Source of the DNA: Octopus vulgaris
Taxonomy: Eukaryota
NCBI GenBank assembly: GCA_951406725.2
Contig: OX597834.1
Location: forward strand, 42,346,001-42,410,000
Length of the DNA: 64,000 nucleotides
Reading direction: 5' to 3'
Part shown: one piece after another, positions 26,437 through 38,962 of the stretch
Position numbering within the stretch: position 1 is the first letter of the stretch
Layout of the letters: each line of letters opens with the position of its first letter
Translations under genes and position numbers: made by a program
Notes under the pieces: generated by a model
What the model saw: the letters and a program-made list of their open reading frames with translations, nothing else
Databases searched by the model: none
Told to the model about the DNA's origin: nothing

Positions 26437-26754
26437 TTAAACTTAAATGTTGAAGTGAATCGAACGGCTTTTGTGTGTTTCTTAAATGGCTTACAAACAC
26501 CTTCCACGCTGCAATTGTTTTCGTTTCAGCACTCGATCTCAGATCAAATCCTTTGCTATGCAAGTACATCTCCGCAATATATACATATATCTCAAGACAA
26601 ATTTTGAGAAAACATATATATATATGTTATCTCAAGGCAAATTCTGCTGTAACTGTTCTACACACCAAACCTGATAGATAAATAGATGACTATTTTGATA
26701 TATATGAGTGTTGTAGTTCGCTTGAAGCATTGAAATATCGAAGGAGGGGAAAAA

Positions 26755-26858
26755 GAGAGAGAATAGAAAGCTTCTGACAAATTGGAAAGTTTCGCTAAAC
26801 TTTTATACGCAGTTTTGTGAAACTTACCGCGTTGTCAGAAGCTTTCTATTTCTCTCTT
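26755..26858. repeat. Imperfect palindrome
   Basis: aatagaaagcttctgacaa ... ttgtcagaagctttctatt, with inner aagtttcgc/gtgaaactt. Confidence 0.85.
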
Positions 26859-26869
26859 CTTTCCTGTCT

Positions 26870-26939
<70 letters not shown>

Positions 26940-27015
26940 CCTGTATGTATATATATATATATACACACACAATATTATTACTAAAAAATAATATATGTAT
27001 ATATATGTATGTATG

Positions 27016-27083
<68 letters not shown>

Positions 27084-27109
27084 TTGTGTGTCTGTGTGTT
27101 TGTGTGTCT

Positions 27110-27295
27110 GTGTTTGTCTCCTCACCATTGTTTGACAAAAGTTGTTTACGTTCCCGTAAGTTAGCGTTTCGGCAATAGAGCGCGATAGAATAAGTACCAG
27201 ACTTACCAAGAGCAGGTCCCAGGGTCGATTTGTTCGACTAAAGGCGGTGCTCCTGCATGGCCGCGGTGAAACGACTGAAACAAATAAAAGAATTA
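27110..27295 (+). mobile_element. SINE family B, 3' half
   Basis: Follows (TA)n(TG)n; matches the family B tail. Confidence 0.85.
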
Positions 27296-27304
27296 AAGAA
27301 AAAT

Positions 27305-27337
<33 letters not shown>

Positions 27338-28128
27338 CTTATATGCATATGTATTAAATACATATATAAATATACACGTACATGCTGTCATACATAGATG
27401 CATACATACACACAAGCGTATACACACCTTTAAATATCTGTATATATACACAGTTATGAACATGAATATACAACACACACACATATATATATATATATAT
27501 ACACATGTAAATGCATCTATATAAATGTATATATATAGCAGTAGAAAACTATACCTAGCAAACCTTTTGATTTTGCATTCATGTAAGCCAATGAAAATAC
27601 AGCATTACAACAAAGCAGCGTGTCAACGAGGGCTTTTTTCTGTCTGTTTTCCAATCCAACTGTAAACCCTAAAGCGATAAATTTTTATTTGATCTTCTTG
27701 GAGACCACATGGGAATATTTTGCACTCATTATCTGCTGCAATGAATTAAAATAAGGCAAGAATTGGCAGAGTGATAAAATAAAGACGAGCAATTAATAAG
27801 GAAGAATATAATTCTTTTCTTTGCGGACGAAAATAGAATGGGTATTATGAAATTACTTTTTGGTTTTTTCTATTTTTCCATACCTTTATGGAATTCATAT
27901 TGCATGGAACAGGTGTTGGACAGCTCTAAATGTTAAAAGAGGTCACGGTAATATACCAAATACGCCAACAGCCTCGAATCATATTTTCACCCAAGCACAC
28001 AGGCTCATAATTACACGCACACACACAAACACACATATATAATATTCTTCTATACATATCTATGTATATATATAGATATATATATATGTATACATAGATA
28101 TGAATAAAAGAATATTATATATATATAC

Positions 28129-28301
<173 letters not shown>

Positions 28302-28305
28302 CATA

Positions 28306-29186
28306 TAAGCTATGATGGGTAAATTGTCACCATTTTATATTTTTAATATCGTGCATGTACTTTGTTTTTTAATATTGTCGACTACACAGTTTAGTAGGTA
28401 CAGTTGAGCACCGTCTGTGAGAAAAACAGTACCATGATGCAATTCACTCTGCCTGAAATTTGGAAACGACATGCTGTACTGCTTACTATTCGCACCGGAA
28501 GCTCCAATACAAACAGATGGTAAACACACCGAACAACCTTTGATTTGCCGTGTCCAGTAACCATGTACCGAGAGTGATAAAAATCAAACATCCAGTCAAG
28601 ATCATGGTGTTTGGAGTGATCACTAATGACTGCCACGTTATGCTTCCATTCAGCTTCCCACACGACCCCAGATTAAACACGAAGGCCTGCATCAAGTGCC
28701 TGGAGGAGGTAGTGCTGCCCTGGGTGAAGAGGGTGAGGGCTTGAAGACCCTGTCTGGCAATAAGGCTCTCTATCATGTCACACAAGCAGGAGAACCCAGT
28801 CATGGCTATCAAGCAATTTCTGCGACCACGTCACCCCTAACATCTGGCCACCTAACTCCCCAGACTGCAACCTCCTTGATTATTATAGGCACAGTTGAGT
28901 GAGAGAGCAACAAAACTCCTTGTAACACCAAAGATGAACTGAAAGCAAAGATTATGGTAGCATCCACCAACTTAAACAAGGAGACCGCCCAGAAGCGTTG
29001 TAGGAGATTCCGAAATCGTCTGGAGGCGGTGGTTGAAGGCTATGGCGATTTTATTGAATAAATTTACTCTTTACTATTTCAAGATATTTTTATGTAATTT
29101 TGGTAAATATATCTGTTAAAATGATATGTCAGTGTTATTTCCATTTTTGCGTAACTTAGACGATAATTTATTCACCGCACCTTGTA
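28306..29186 (+). mobile_element. Internally deleted DD37D (maT-type) Tc1/mariner transposon
   Basis: KHPVKIMVFGVI...WQ*GSLSCHTSRRTQSWL...IWPPNSPDCNLLDYY...RFRNRLEAVVEGYGDFIE*; 37 residues between the mutated second D position and the third D; TIR-like ends gggtaaattgtcacc and gacgataatttattcaccgcaccttgta. Confidence 0.88.
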
Positions 29187-29191
29187 TATGT

Positions 29192-30324
29192 ATATAAATC
29201 CCGTAAATAATGCGATTTTTTAGTATTTCTTATAATTTAAAAATTAAGACAAATTTCTTTTTAAATCTAAAATATAATCTCCTTCATTTTCTACAATGCT
29301 CTTCTCTCTATCTGGCAGAATTGCAAGGCCCCTCTTCCAAAATTCCTTTATTTGTGACGAAAAATACTCTTCCAGTACTGTTGTAACCTCGTCTACAAAA
29401 TTCATATCTTTTTCCGTCCAAATGATTTTGAAGACTGTGGAATAAATGATAATCAGATGAGGCAATGTCATTTGTCTTTTAACGCTGACTTAGGCCGCTC
29501 AAGCTGCTCGCAGTAGATCTCCTTTGCTATCATTTGGTTTTGGGTTTAAAAGTCCAAAGTGGACTAAACCTTTCATTTCCCAGCAAACAGATAAGAACAC
29601 CTTACCTGGGTGAAGACCTTCTTTAGCCTGGGGTGCCGGTGTTTCTTCTTTCCCAACCCATTGTCTTCGGCGCTTGACATTTTTATAGACAACACATTTC
29701 TCGTCACCAGTCGTTATTCGGTCGGAGAAAGGTTCATTCGTGAGACGTGACAGCACACATTCTCACGAAAGCACACATTCCTTTTCCACCAGCAACTAGA
29801 CTCGGAAAGATTGTGAGAAACCCATTGACCCAATTTTCTGACTTTTCCGATAGCATGCAGGTATCGATGAATGCTGGAATGACCAAATCCAAGCTTCTCT
29901 GTTAGTTCCTCTACAGTTACGATGGGATTTTGTTCCACCAGGGTTTTAAGGACGACCTCGTCGAGCTCTACAGATCTTCCAGGACGTGGCTCGTCTTCTA
30001 GGCTGTAGATTCCAGCTCAGAATTTCTGGAACTACCGTTGACACTCTCTTACACTTAATGTCCGATTTCCATATACTGTATCAATATTCCTCGCACTTTC
30101 CGTTGCGTTGTTGCCTTTATTGAACTCATAAAGCAAAATATGCCAAATACGCTCCTTTGTCAATAAAACAATAATGGATTGCACTCTTCAAAACTTGCAC
30201 TAGGAATAAGTACTAGGTAAAAATACTACCTGCTTTTCTTGCATGTTGATGCAGGTAGTTTATCCCCTGCCTCTCCGACTTCTTGTACATGCAATTGAAA
30301 GAACCATATCATTTATGGGACGAC

Positions 30325-30330
<6 letters not shown>
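29192..30330 (-). mobile_element. Decayed DD34D mariner transposon
   Basis: HILLYEFNKG, LEDEPRPGR, KLGQWVSHNLSE, ITTGDEK, DIASSDYHLF, ENEGDY motifs with stops and frameshifts; TIR tattgggtcgtcccataaatga at the right end. Confidence 0.93.
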
Positions 30331-30366
<36 letters not shown>

Positions 30367-30369
<3 letters not shown>

Positions 30370-30696
30370 GAGAGAGTGCAGAAAAGTTCCTGGCTATTTG
30401 GGTAAAATGAAAATACAGGAGGATCATTTAATTATGATTTTATTCTATGTATCCCCCTCTCAGATTTACACAATTATTGCAGTAGTCCTTCAGTGTTATT
30501 TTTAAAAGGGTTCTTTATTTTATTTTTAAAAGGGTTCTTTATTTTAAAAGGGTTCTTTTACAGGCTTAGAAAAACAGAAGACCGTTGCAATAAGTGTGTG
30601 AATATGAGAGGAATTTGTTGAATAAAATCAATAATTAACTGATTCTCCTGTATTTTCTTTTACCCAAAGCCAGAAACTTCTCAGCAACCCTCGGTA
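30367..30696. mobile_element. Mariner-type MITE
   Basis: About 75 bp imperfect TIRs (tacgagagagtgcagaaaagttcctggct ... agccagaaacttctcagcaaccctcggta) with TA ends; internal ttttaaaagggttcttt repeated three times. Confidence 0.85.
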
Positions 30697-31049
30697 AAAC
30701 AAACACAGGATGATCAAGTATTGAATAGATGAGATAATATGTAAGCATGATCAAGGATCGCCTAGGGTTAAACAATAACTAAGACACAACAAGAACAAGG
30801 GTCTTTTAAACACACCAGTCATCACATCATACGCTGCTACTCACCATTCCTGCGCAACACTACAACACACACCACCACACTCCATCGCACTCGGCCACTC
30901 TCCGTCGCACAACCAACACCTTATAATGAACACATAAACATGAGTCACACCATTCGCTGCGCACAGGAAAAAGCTCATTCCAACAAATATTATACATTCA
31001 AATGAACACTTCCGCATTGGTAATCAAGTTTGCTAGTCATCGAGTCAGT

Positions 31050-31098
<49 letters not shown>

Positions 31099-31200
31099 AT
31101 GGATATTTATGTATATATATATATATATATATATATTTACATACAGATACACATAAATATTTATACATACATATAAATGCATATGTGTATATATATGTAC

Positions 31201-31241
<41 letters not shown>

Positions 31242-31464
31242 CATATATGTATATATATGTATGTATGTATATATGTCTGCACGCATGTGTATATCTGTGT
31301 GTATGCATATATATGCATATAAATATGCGTGTATACAGACATGTATGCACGCAGATACGCGCACACACACACACGCACGAACACACACACACACACACGC
31401 ACGAACACACACAAACACACAAACACACACACACACACACACACACACTATAATATATATTATA

Positions 31465-31514
<50 letters not shown>

Positions 31515-31808
31515 ATTTCCAAAACGCCTGTAACGCATCGACACCAGTTGATTGGAATAACAAACACTTCTTGATATTTCAGAAAAAAGAAGGGACGATG
31601 AAGCAAATAGCTTTACTCTTTCTGTACGCCATCGATTTATAAGCGTTTTATATTGTAACAGACAAGATTTAAACAAAAATTGTTGAGTACATTTTTGAAA
31701 TATAGTGGGATCAATAGCTTGTAGTCATATCTAGCAACATTGGGGCGGTCCATTCGATAACATAATGCTAAGTTCGTTTTCTGCTAGAGGACAGATTTGT
31801 GGGATTGT

Positions 31809-32113
31809 TGTTTGTCCTTTCTCGAGCCATGCCTGGTTCCCTTAAGGGCCGGTTTCCCGTTTTCATGGGCGAATACGTTCCCCACCTGTACGGGACGCCG
31901 GTCCTTTGCAGGTGAGTTGCAAGATGCAGGAGGAAAGAGTGAGAGAAAGTTCTGGCGAAAGAGTCAGCAGAGGTTCGCCATTACTTTCCGCTGGAGCCGC
32001 GTGGAGCTTAGGTATCTCGCTCATAAACACACACATTACCCAGACTGAGATTCGAACCCGCGATTCCTCGACCGCGAGTCCGCTGCTCTAACCACTAGGC
32101 CATGTGCCTTCAC
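31809..32113 (-). mobile_element. SINE family C, full length
   Basis: Head tggcctagtggttagagc (A box) ... gggttcgaatctc (B box). Confidence 0.92.
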
Positions 32114-32114
32114 A

Positions 32115-32295
32115 AATTTTTGGGATGGGGCTACCTTATTTCGTCGACCCTAGTACTCCTCTGATACTTTATTTTATCGGACCCCACGAAAGATAAAACT
32201 ACCTCGGCGGAATTTGAACTCAGTACGTAGTGCCGGAAGAAATGCCGCTAAGCATTTTATCCATTCTGCGAACAGTTCTTCCAGCGTGCCACCTT
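32115..32295 (-). mobile_element. SINE family A, decayed
   Basis: cctcggcggaatttgaactcag...gccgctaagcattt. Confidence 0.8.
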
Positions 32296-32864
32296 AATAA
32301 AGTCCTAAGTAAATCATATTTAAACAGGGCTTGTCACGGCTGGCTGGAACAGTTTCTGAGCTCTGGGGTCTTCGATCTGTGCTCATCGCGATGTATAGAA
32401 TAAAAGCAATCCCTGTAGAATATAAACCAGGATATGTTCCCCACAACATCTGCTCGACTAAAGGCGGTGATGCAGCATGGCCGCAGTCAAATGACTGAAA
32501 CAAGTAAAAGAGAGTAAAAGAGAAAAGAGAGTAGTGTCTATAATTCTTGTTAATTGTAGTTGGTGGTTTTCTCATCCTTTTTTTTCTGCTGTCTTTCTAT
32601 AATTCTCTTGGAGGCGGAGGGTTTCGCAAAAATGTGCTGTTCTTTTCGACTTTAAGGAAATAATATCTGCAACACTATTGGTTACTTGTAAAATGCGACT
32701 TAAAAGATAAACTTCGTTCTAATGGTATTTATTGAATATTGAATTAAGAATTTAGAATTATATTAGAACTAATACAAGACTTAAATGATAACATATAATG
32801 GTATTAACTGTTTTTTTAAAGATTAAAAACAAAAAAAGCTTAAAATATGAACGGTATTAACTAT

Positions 32865-33012
32865 TGTTTTCTACTCTAGGCACAAGGCCTGAAATTTTGG
32901 GGGAGGGGAAAGTCGATTAGATCGACTCCAGTATGCAAATGGTACATAATTTATCGATCCCGAAAGGATGAAAGGCAAAGTCGACCTCGGTGGAATTCGA
33001 ACTCAGAACGTA
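32865..33012 (-). mobile_element. SINE family A, 5'-truncated
   Basis: Body plus tail type 2. Confidence 0.85.
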
Positions 33013-33445
33013 CCACCATGCTGAAAAAAGCAGCCGTGATCCGACTCTAAAACCACCATGATTGTCCATAAATCAACACGGAGAGAATGCAAGGAGACAA
33101 GATGAAACTAGTAAACTAGTGGTTTCTCGTAGATACCCCAATTCATAATTTTAACAATTATTACCTTTGAAGGTTATTTTTTCCATGCTGACCACTTGAT
33201 AAAATCGTTATTTTATTTCTAAATTAACGATCTTATCCTTATTTATTTATATCGATTTAAATTTATTTCAGCACTGTATTTACTGCGGCGATATTTTGAC
33301 CATATCTCACATGGAATTAAGAAGCGGGCATTTTGAACTAGCCTTGATGCATACGTGCATATATATGTAGATATACCCTCGTATATGCAAGTATTCGTAT
33401 GTTGTGCTTATATATATATATGTATTTTTGTTTCTCTTCTGTGTG

Positions 33446-33506
33446 TATTCTACTGACGAGTTAAAGCATTACTAAATGCAACGTCAGAAATCCGGGATCT
33501 AGAATA
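33446..33506 (+). ncRNA. Type I hammerhead-like motif with extended stem II
   Basis: UAUUCUA-CUGACGA-GUU(AAA)GCAUU(ACUA)AAUGC-AAC-GUCA-GAA-AUCCGGGAU-C-UAGAAUA; TA runs nearby on both sides. Confidence 0.65.
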
Positions 33507-34584
33507 ATCCAGTAATTTTTTATATATATGTTTCTTTATTAGCCACACAGGGCTGCACACAGTCGGGACTATATATATTTAGATGAATATATGCATACAT
33601 ATGCATGTGTATGTGTTTGTGTGTGTGTGCGTGTGTAAAGAGAGAGAAGCGGAGACAGAGACTATTGCCACTGGTCACCGCTTCTCCATTTAGCGCAGAA
33701 ACGCACGTTTGTTTAATAAAAACAGCGTTATGAAATTATAGTTCTAAATCTAAAGAGAAGGATTGAGTTGAGATAATAATGTAATGGTTAGCACAGTTAT
33801 CGCGTATGTGAGGTGAGAGCTTGAGTCCCATGCGTACGGAAAACCGACTTTTCCCGTGGAGGGCTTATATGCCGCAATATTAGATTATATTCTTTAGTCA
33901 ATATATTTAGTCAATATATATATAAATCTTTAGTTAAATATGTTCAATGAGAATATTATATACTGAATTTATATTGAGTGCTCAATTGTATTAAAATATT
34001 AATACTATTAAAGTATTTATTTAATACGGGCGATTATATATATATTTATACATATTTATATTTTTAATACACTTAATTTACACATGTATATATCTTTCTG
34101 AAGAATTTTCTAATATTGGTTTCCTGATATTAATAATAATATATTATAATATATATATATACATACACATATGTGTGTGTATGTTTGCATGCGTGCATGT
34201 CTAAGTGTATGTATATATATATTAAAAGCACACACACGCGCGGGCGCGTGTATATATTCTTTTCTAATCTAGGCACAACGCCCGAAAACACACATATATA
34301 TTAAAAATACAAATATATATATATATATATTAAAACACTATAAAGCGTCAAACCAGCTTCGTCACCCATCTGCTTTTATTAGCCACTGTTGCAGTTTCGT
34401 TTACACTTGTAGATGCTTGTATGACGACCGGCAATATCTGCGCTTGACTTGTTAATTCCTTAATTGCTCATCCGTCTCTATTCGATGGATGCATGACTTG
34501 TCTCGCTCTGCACAAATACAACGCTCCGATTACACACAGTCACTGCTGTAAACGGTGTATGCAATGAACGATCTCACTTACCTC

Positions 34585-34586
34585 TG

Positions 34587-34661
<75 letters not shown>

Positions 34662-34670
34662 CTCTATCTC

Positions 34671-34710
<40 letters not shown>

Positions 34711-34711
34711 C

Positions 34712-34793
<82 letters not shown>
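34585..34793. repeat. (CTAT)n microsatellite
   Basis: Direct reading. Confidence 0.97.
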
Positions 34794-35357
34794 GTGTATC
34801 TATTTTATTACTTGTTGGATTTGGCAAGAAGTGGAACGTTATGTTGTTCGTATTTGTATTTTATTAGTTTTTGTTTGAGAGAAGGTTTGGGTGCAATGTT
34901 TTTGATACAGTTACTTAAACCTTATTATGGTTATATATTTTTCCCTATTTTCTTTTCATCGTCACTGAATTATAGACTTTGCTTCGGTATAAATACACAC
35001 CTACCTGCGTACATGCATTCAGACATCTATGCATTCATGGAAAACTTACGTACATATATAAACAAATATATGTTATTATATGACTATAGTTACACAAGTG
35101 TGTGTGTGTATGTGTTTGTCTATATCTGCATAATGTATGTAAATTCATGATACATATTTGTATATACACTCACTCGCATGCTGTATTTATTTGGCGTGTG
35201 ATTTCATTTGAAATCTTGTGTTGAGAGCAAAACGACCGTATAATTGTAAACATATTTTAGTCTTTTAATACACATAGATATAGTTATATTCATTTCTATT
35301 GGAATGTTATTATTTCTAAGTCTCTCTAAAGGAGACTACTGCAGTGGTACCGGATAA

Positions 35358-35773
35358 TAATAGTTATCACCAAGCTAATATGGCAGTCGATAAATATAGG
35401 ACGAAAGCTGCCGTTGATTAGATCCAAGAGGCTATCACCTCTAGCTAACTATATGACACACGAACCTATGTCCATTATACAGGGGAGGTCAGCCGCTTCC
35501 CCTTGCTGGTCAGGCATCTGCAGACATGTTTCAGGGTATTTGCCCTTTATCAATGCAGAGTAGCCGAACCTAGCTGGCGACGCTACTGACCGTCTGTTCG
35601 AAGAATTATTTACTATTTACCTAAATTCAGTGGAATACATTCACTGGTTTTTAATAGTTATCGCCAAGCTAATATTGCAACCCATTAATATAGGACGAAA
35701 GCTGCCGTTGATTAGCTCCAAGAGGCAATCGCATCTAGCTAGCTATATGACACACGAACCTGTGTCCATTATA
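35358..35773 (-). mobile_element. Retrozyme/pLTR-like unit: 122-bp direct repeats, 294-bp period
   Basis: 35358-35479 recurs at 35652-35773; a hammerhead lies in the spacer. Confidence 0.75.
35517..35559 (-). ncRNA. Minimal type I hammerhead ribozyme motif, U3-A8 core variant
   Basis: UCUGCA-UUGAUAA-AGGG(CAAAUA)CCCU-GAA-ACAUGU-C-UGCAGA; perfect stems I and II, palindromic stem III, GUC cleavage triplet. Confidence 0.85.
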
Positions 35774-35778
35774 ACCTC

Positions 35779-36202
35779 ATTGGGTTGTCAGGAAAGTTCG
35801 TACTGATTTTTAAAAGAAAGATACAGGTCAATAAATACTTGTCATTACATTTTTAATCAACCAAATATGAACCATTTTGCTGTACAATGCATCTCCATCT
35901 TTCCTTTAACTTGAAAATACCCTCTTCCCAGAATTGAGGTGGTTTCATAGCAAATAAGTCATCAAGGTATCTTTTTACGTCATCAAAGGAATTGAAATTT
36001 TTATCAGTAAAAGACCTGAATAAGTGGAAATCCGAAAGAGCAATATCTAGTGAATTTGGAGGGTGGGATAACGAAAAGATTGCTTAAACTGTGCTCTAAA
36101 TGGAGGTGTAGTCAAACCCTATTTTATGGACTCAAGCATGTTCTAAAATAAGTCGAAAGGTAGGCTACTATAAATCGGCATGAACTTTCCGGACAACCCT
36201 AT
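35779..36202 (-). mobile_element. Internally deleted mariner
   Basis: TIRs attgggttgtcaggaaagttcgt and atgaactttccggacaaccctat; HPPNSLDIALSDFHLFRS...FWEEGIFKLKERWRCIVQQNGSY. Confidence 0.9.
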
Positions 36203-36379
36203 ATTTTAATACTATTATTTTTAAAAGAGATGAGGCGACGAGCTGGTAGAATCGTTAACATGCTGGACAAAATGCTAAGAAATATTTCGCCCGTCGCTCC
36301 GTTCAGAGTTCAAATTCCCCCGATGTTCACTTTGCCTTTCATCTTTTCGAGAGCGAAATTTCAAATATATATATTTGAA

Positions 36380-36735
36380 ATTTACAGAAAAACTGAAGAC
36401 GAAGACAAGTGTGTGAACAACAAGCAGGTATATTAGTTTGATGCTCAGGAAAGTGAGAAGGTTTTTTTACATTTCGAGCCTTCGCTCTTTCAGCAGAAAA
36501 GAATGAGAGAAAATAAACAGAGAGAGAGAGAATAAGAAGTTGTGGATTTAGCGATCAAGCATGGCAACTATATATAGTTCAAATTCACAGAAAAGAAAAG
36601 ACGAAGAAAGGTGAGAGAACAACAAGTAGGTGTATTAGTTTCACGCTCGGGAAGAATGGAACAGTCCTTGACGCTTCGAGCCTACGCTCTTCGACAGAAA
36701 GTGATAGGAGGGAGAAAATAGAGAGAGAAGGAAAT
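36380..36735 (-). mobile_element. Two tandem family D elements with hammerhead-like motifs (36465-36500, 36666-36701)
   Basis: UUUU-CUGCUGA-AA-GAGC(GAAG)GCUC-GAA-AUGU-A-AAAA and CUUU-CUGUCGA-A-GAGC(GUAG)GCUC-GAA-GCGU-C-AAGG. Confidence 0.7.
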
Positions 36736-36806
36736 GTTTTGAGATTAACTGTTTAACCTAATGAGATGATCAGGAGAAAGAAACTGAGTGCATGAATGTA
36801 TGTGTG

Positions 36807-36845
<39 letters not shown>

Positions 36846-37278
36846 TAATAAATAAATAAAATATATGCATATATACATACATATATGTACGTACCTACCT
36901 CTACATGTATATATACATGCATATATGGGTACAGGACACACAAAAAACGTCGAACATAATGAGAAACGAAAACATAAACACAAAACCAAGGAAATGGACA
37001 TTTTTCTTAAACAACGAAAAAATAGAGTACAGGACATGCAAAGCAAGGAAAATGCCCCTTCTTCAGTCGCCTTTGTTCCATCTACTCCACGTTTTGAAGG
37101 TCAAGGCGATACATGACTTCAATAAAACTTTCCTTCCAGCGAAAATCAAATGAAATAAAATTTGAGTTTTTTTGCGGAGGGGTAAAAATGGTAACAAAAA
37201 CAGGACAGTAACGACAGTACAAAATATAAACAGGACAACGGAGAATAACAGTAACACAAACAAGAAGGGCTGTTAAGT

Positions 37279-37370
<92 letters not shown>

Positions 37371-37764
37371 TGTATGTATGTATGTATATATGTATGTATG
37401 TATGTGTGCATATGTATGCATGTATAAGTATGGAATATTTCAAAATATATATATATATATATATATATTTCTCTGTAAACCAATTTAAGTACCGTTGGCA
37501 ATCATTTCTAACATCAGCATAGAACGGTTTATAATATCTGTAGAAATCACATTTGAATGGCGGCGGGGTGCCAAGGGTAGAATCATTATTACTGACCGCA
37601 GTATGTCAACGAGTAATTTTATCGTCGACCTTGAGTAAACTAATGGCAAAGTTGACTACAGAATAGTCTTAATTCAGACGCCTCTTAACAACAACAACAA
37701 CAACAACAACAACAGCAGCCGCAACAACAACAATAACAAAGCAGTAATTCTAAAAATTCTAATG

Positions 37765-37824
37765 CTAATAATAATAATAATAATAATAATAGTAATAATA
37801 ATAATAAAAATAACAATAGTAATA

Positions 37825-37904
<80 letters not shown>

Positions 37905-37944
37905 CATAGTAATAATAATAATAATAATAATAATGACGATGATG

Positions 37945-37983
<39 letters not shown>

Positions 37984-38145
37984 GTAATAATAGTAATGAT
38001 AATAATAATGATAATAATAATAATAATGATGATGATGATGATGATGATATTAATAATAATGATTATAATAATGATGATAATAATAATAATAATAATAATT
38101 ATAATAATGATGATAATAGTAATAATAATAATTATAGTAATAATG

Positions 38146-38227
<82 letters not shown>

Positions 38228-38402
38228 TAATAATAATAATAATATCAATAATGATAATGATAATAATGATAATAATAATAATAATAGTAATAATAATAAT
38301 AATGATAACAATAATAATAATAATGATAATAATAATAATAATAGTAATAATAATAATAATGATAACAATAATAATAATAATGATAATAATAATAATGATA
38401 AT
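37765..38402. repeat. (AAT)n-rich microsatellite, about 640 bp
   Basis: Direct reading. Confidence 0.97.
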
Positions 38403-38749
38403 CAGAGTAATATTAAATAATATCGAGACGGAAAGAAATTGAATCGAGTAACATTGAATAGATCTTTGAAAGCAAATGTACCCGTGGAAAGTAATTAGAC
38501 AAAAGGAAGTTTGAACTTTTGATCAGCATTGCCGTCAGTTGACATCTTACTTCAATCATACCGCTCATTTAATATCAATTAACTTCGGCTCCATCAAGTC
38601 TACATTTCCTCAATTCAAAATTAGTTGAAATTTGGATCTAATTAAAAGCTTTAATTAAAACAATTTTTATCGCATTTAATAAGAAAGGTTCCTGTTACTC
38701 CATATATATAATGTATACAGTAATGCTAGCTTTTATATACCTACCTACC

Positions 38750-38803
<54 letters not shown>

Positions 38804-38927
38804 GATGTGTGTGTGCGTAAATTAAAAAAATATATGCATATATAATATACGTATATAAATTAAAAAATAAATGTATATAGATATACATATATCAATTTAT
38901 ATATATATATATATAAATTATATTGTC

Positions 38928-38962
<35 letters not shown>

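Larger units (their letters stand above)
26258..26578. mobile_element. Palindromic element carrying two hammerhead-like motifs
   Basis: 26258-26364 is the reverse complement of 26374-26517 apart from an insertion of about 30 bp; bounded by TA runs. Confidence 0.85.

Noticed and set aside
31809-32113. tRNA-like heads of SINE A, B and C as tRNA genes
   Set aside because: They run into SINE bodies and lack complete canonical cloverleaves.
32350-32400. Minus-strand GCGAUGAGC...GCUCAGAAAC
   Set aside because: The core overlaps the putative stem II and there is no stem I.
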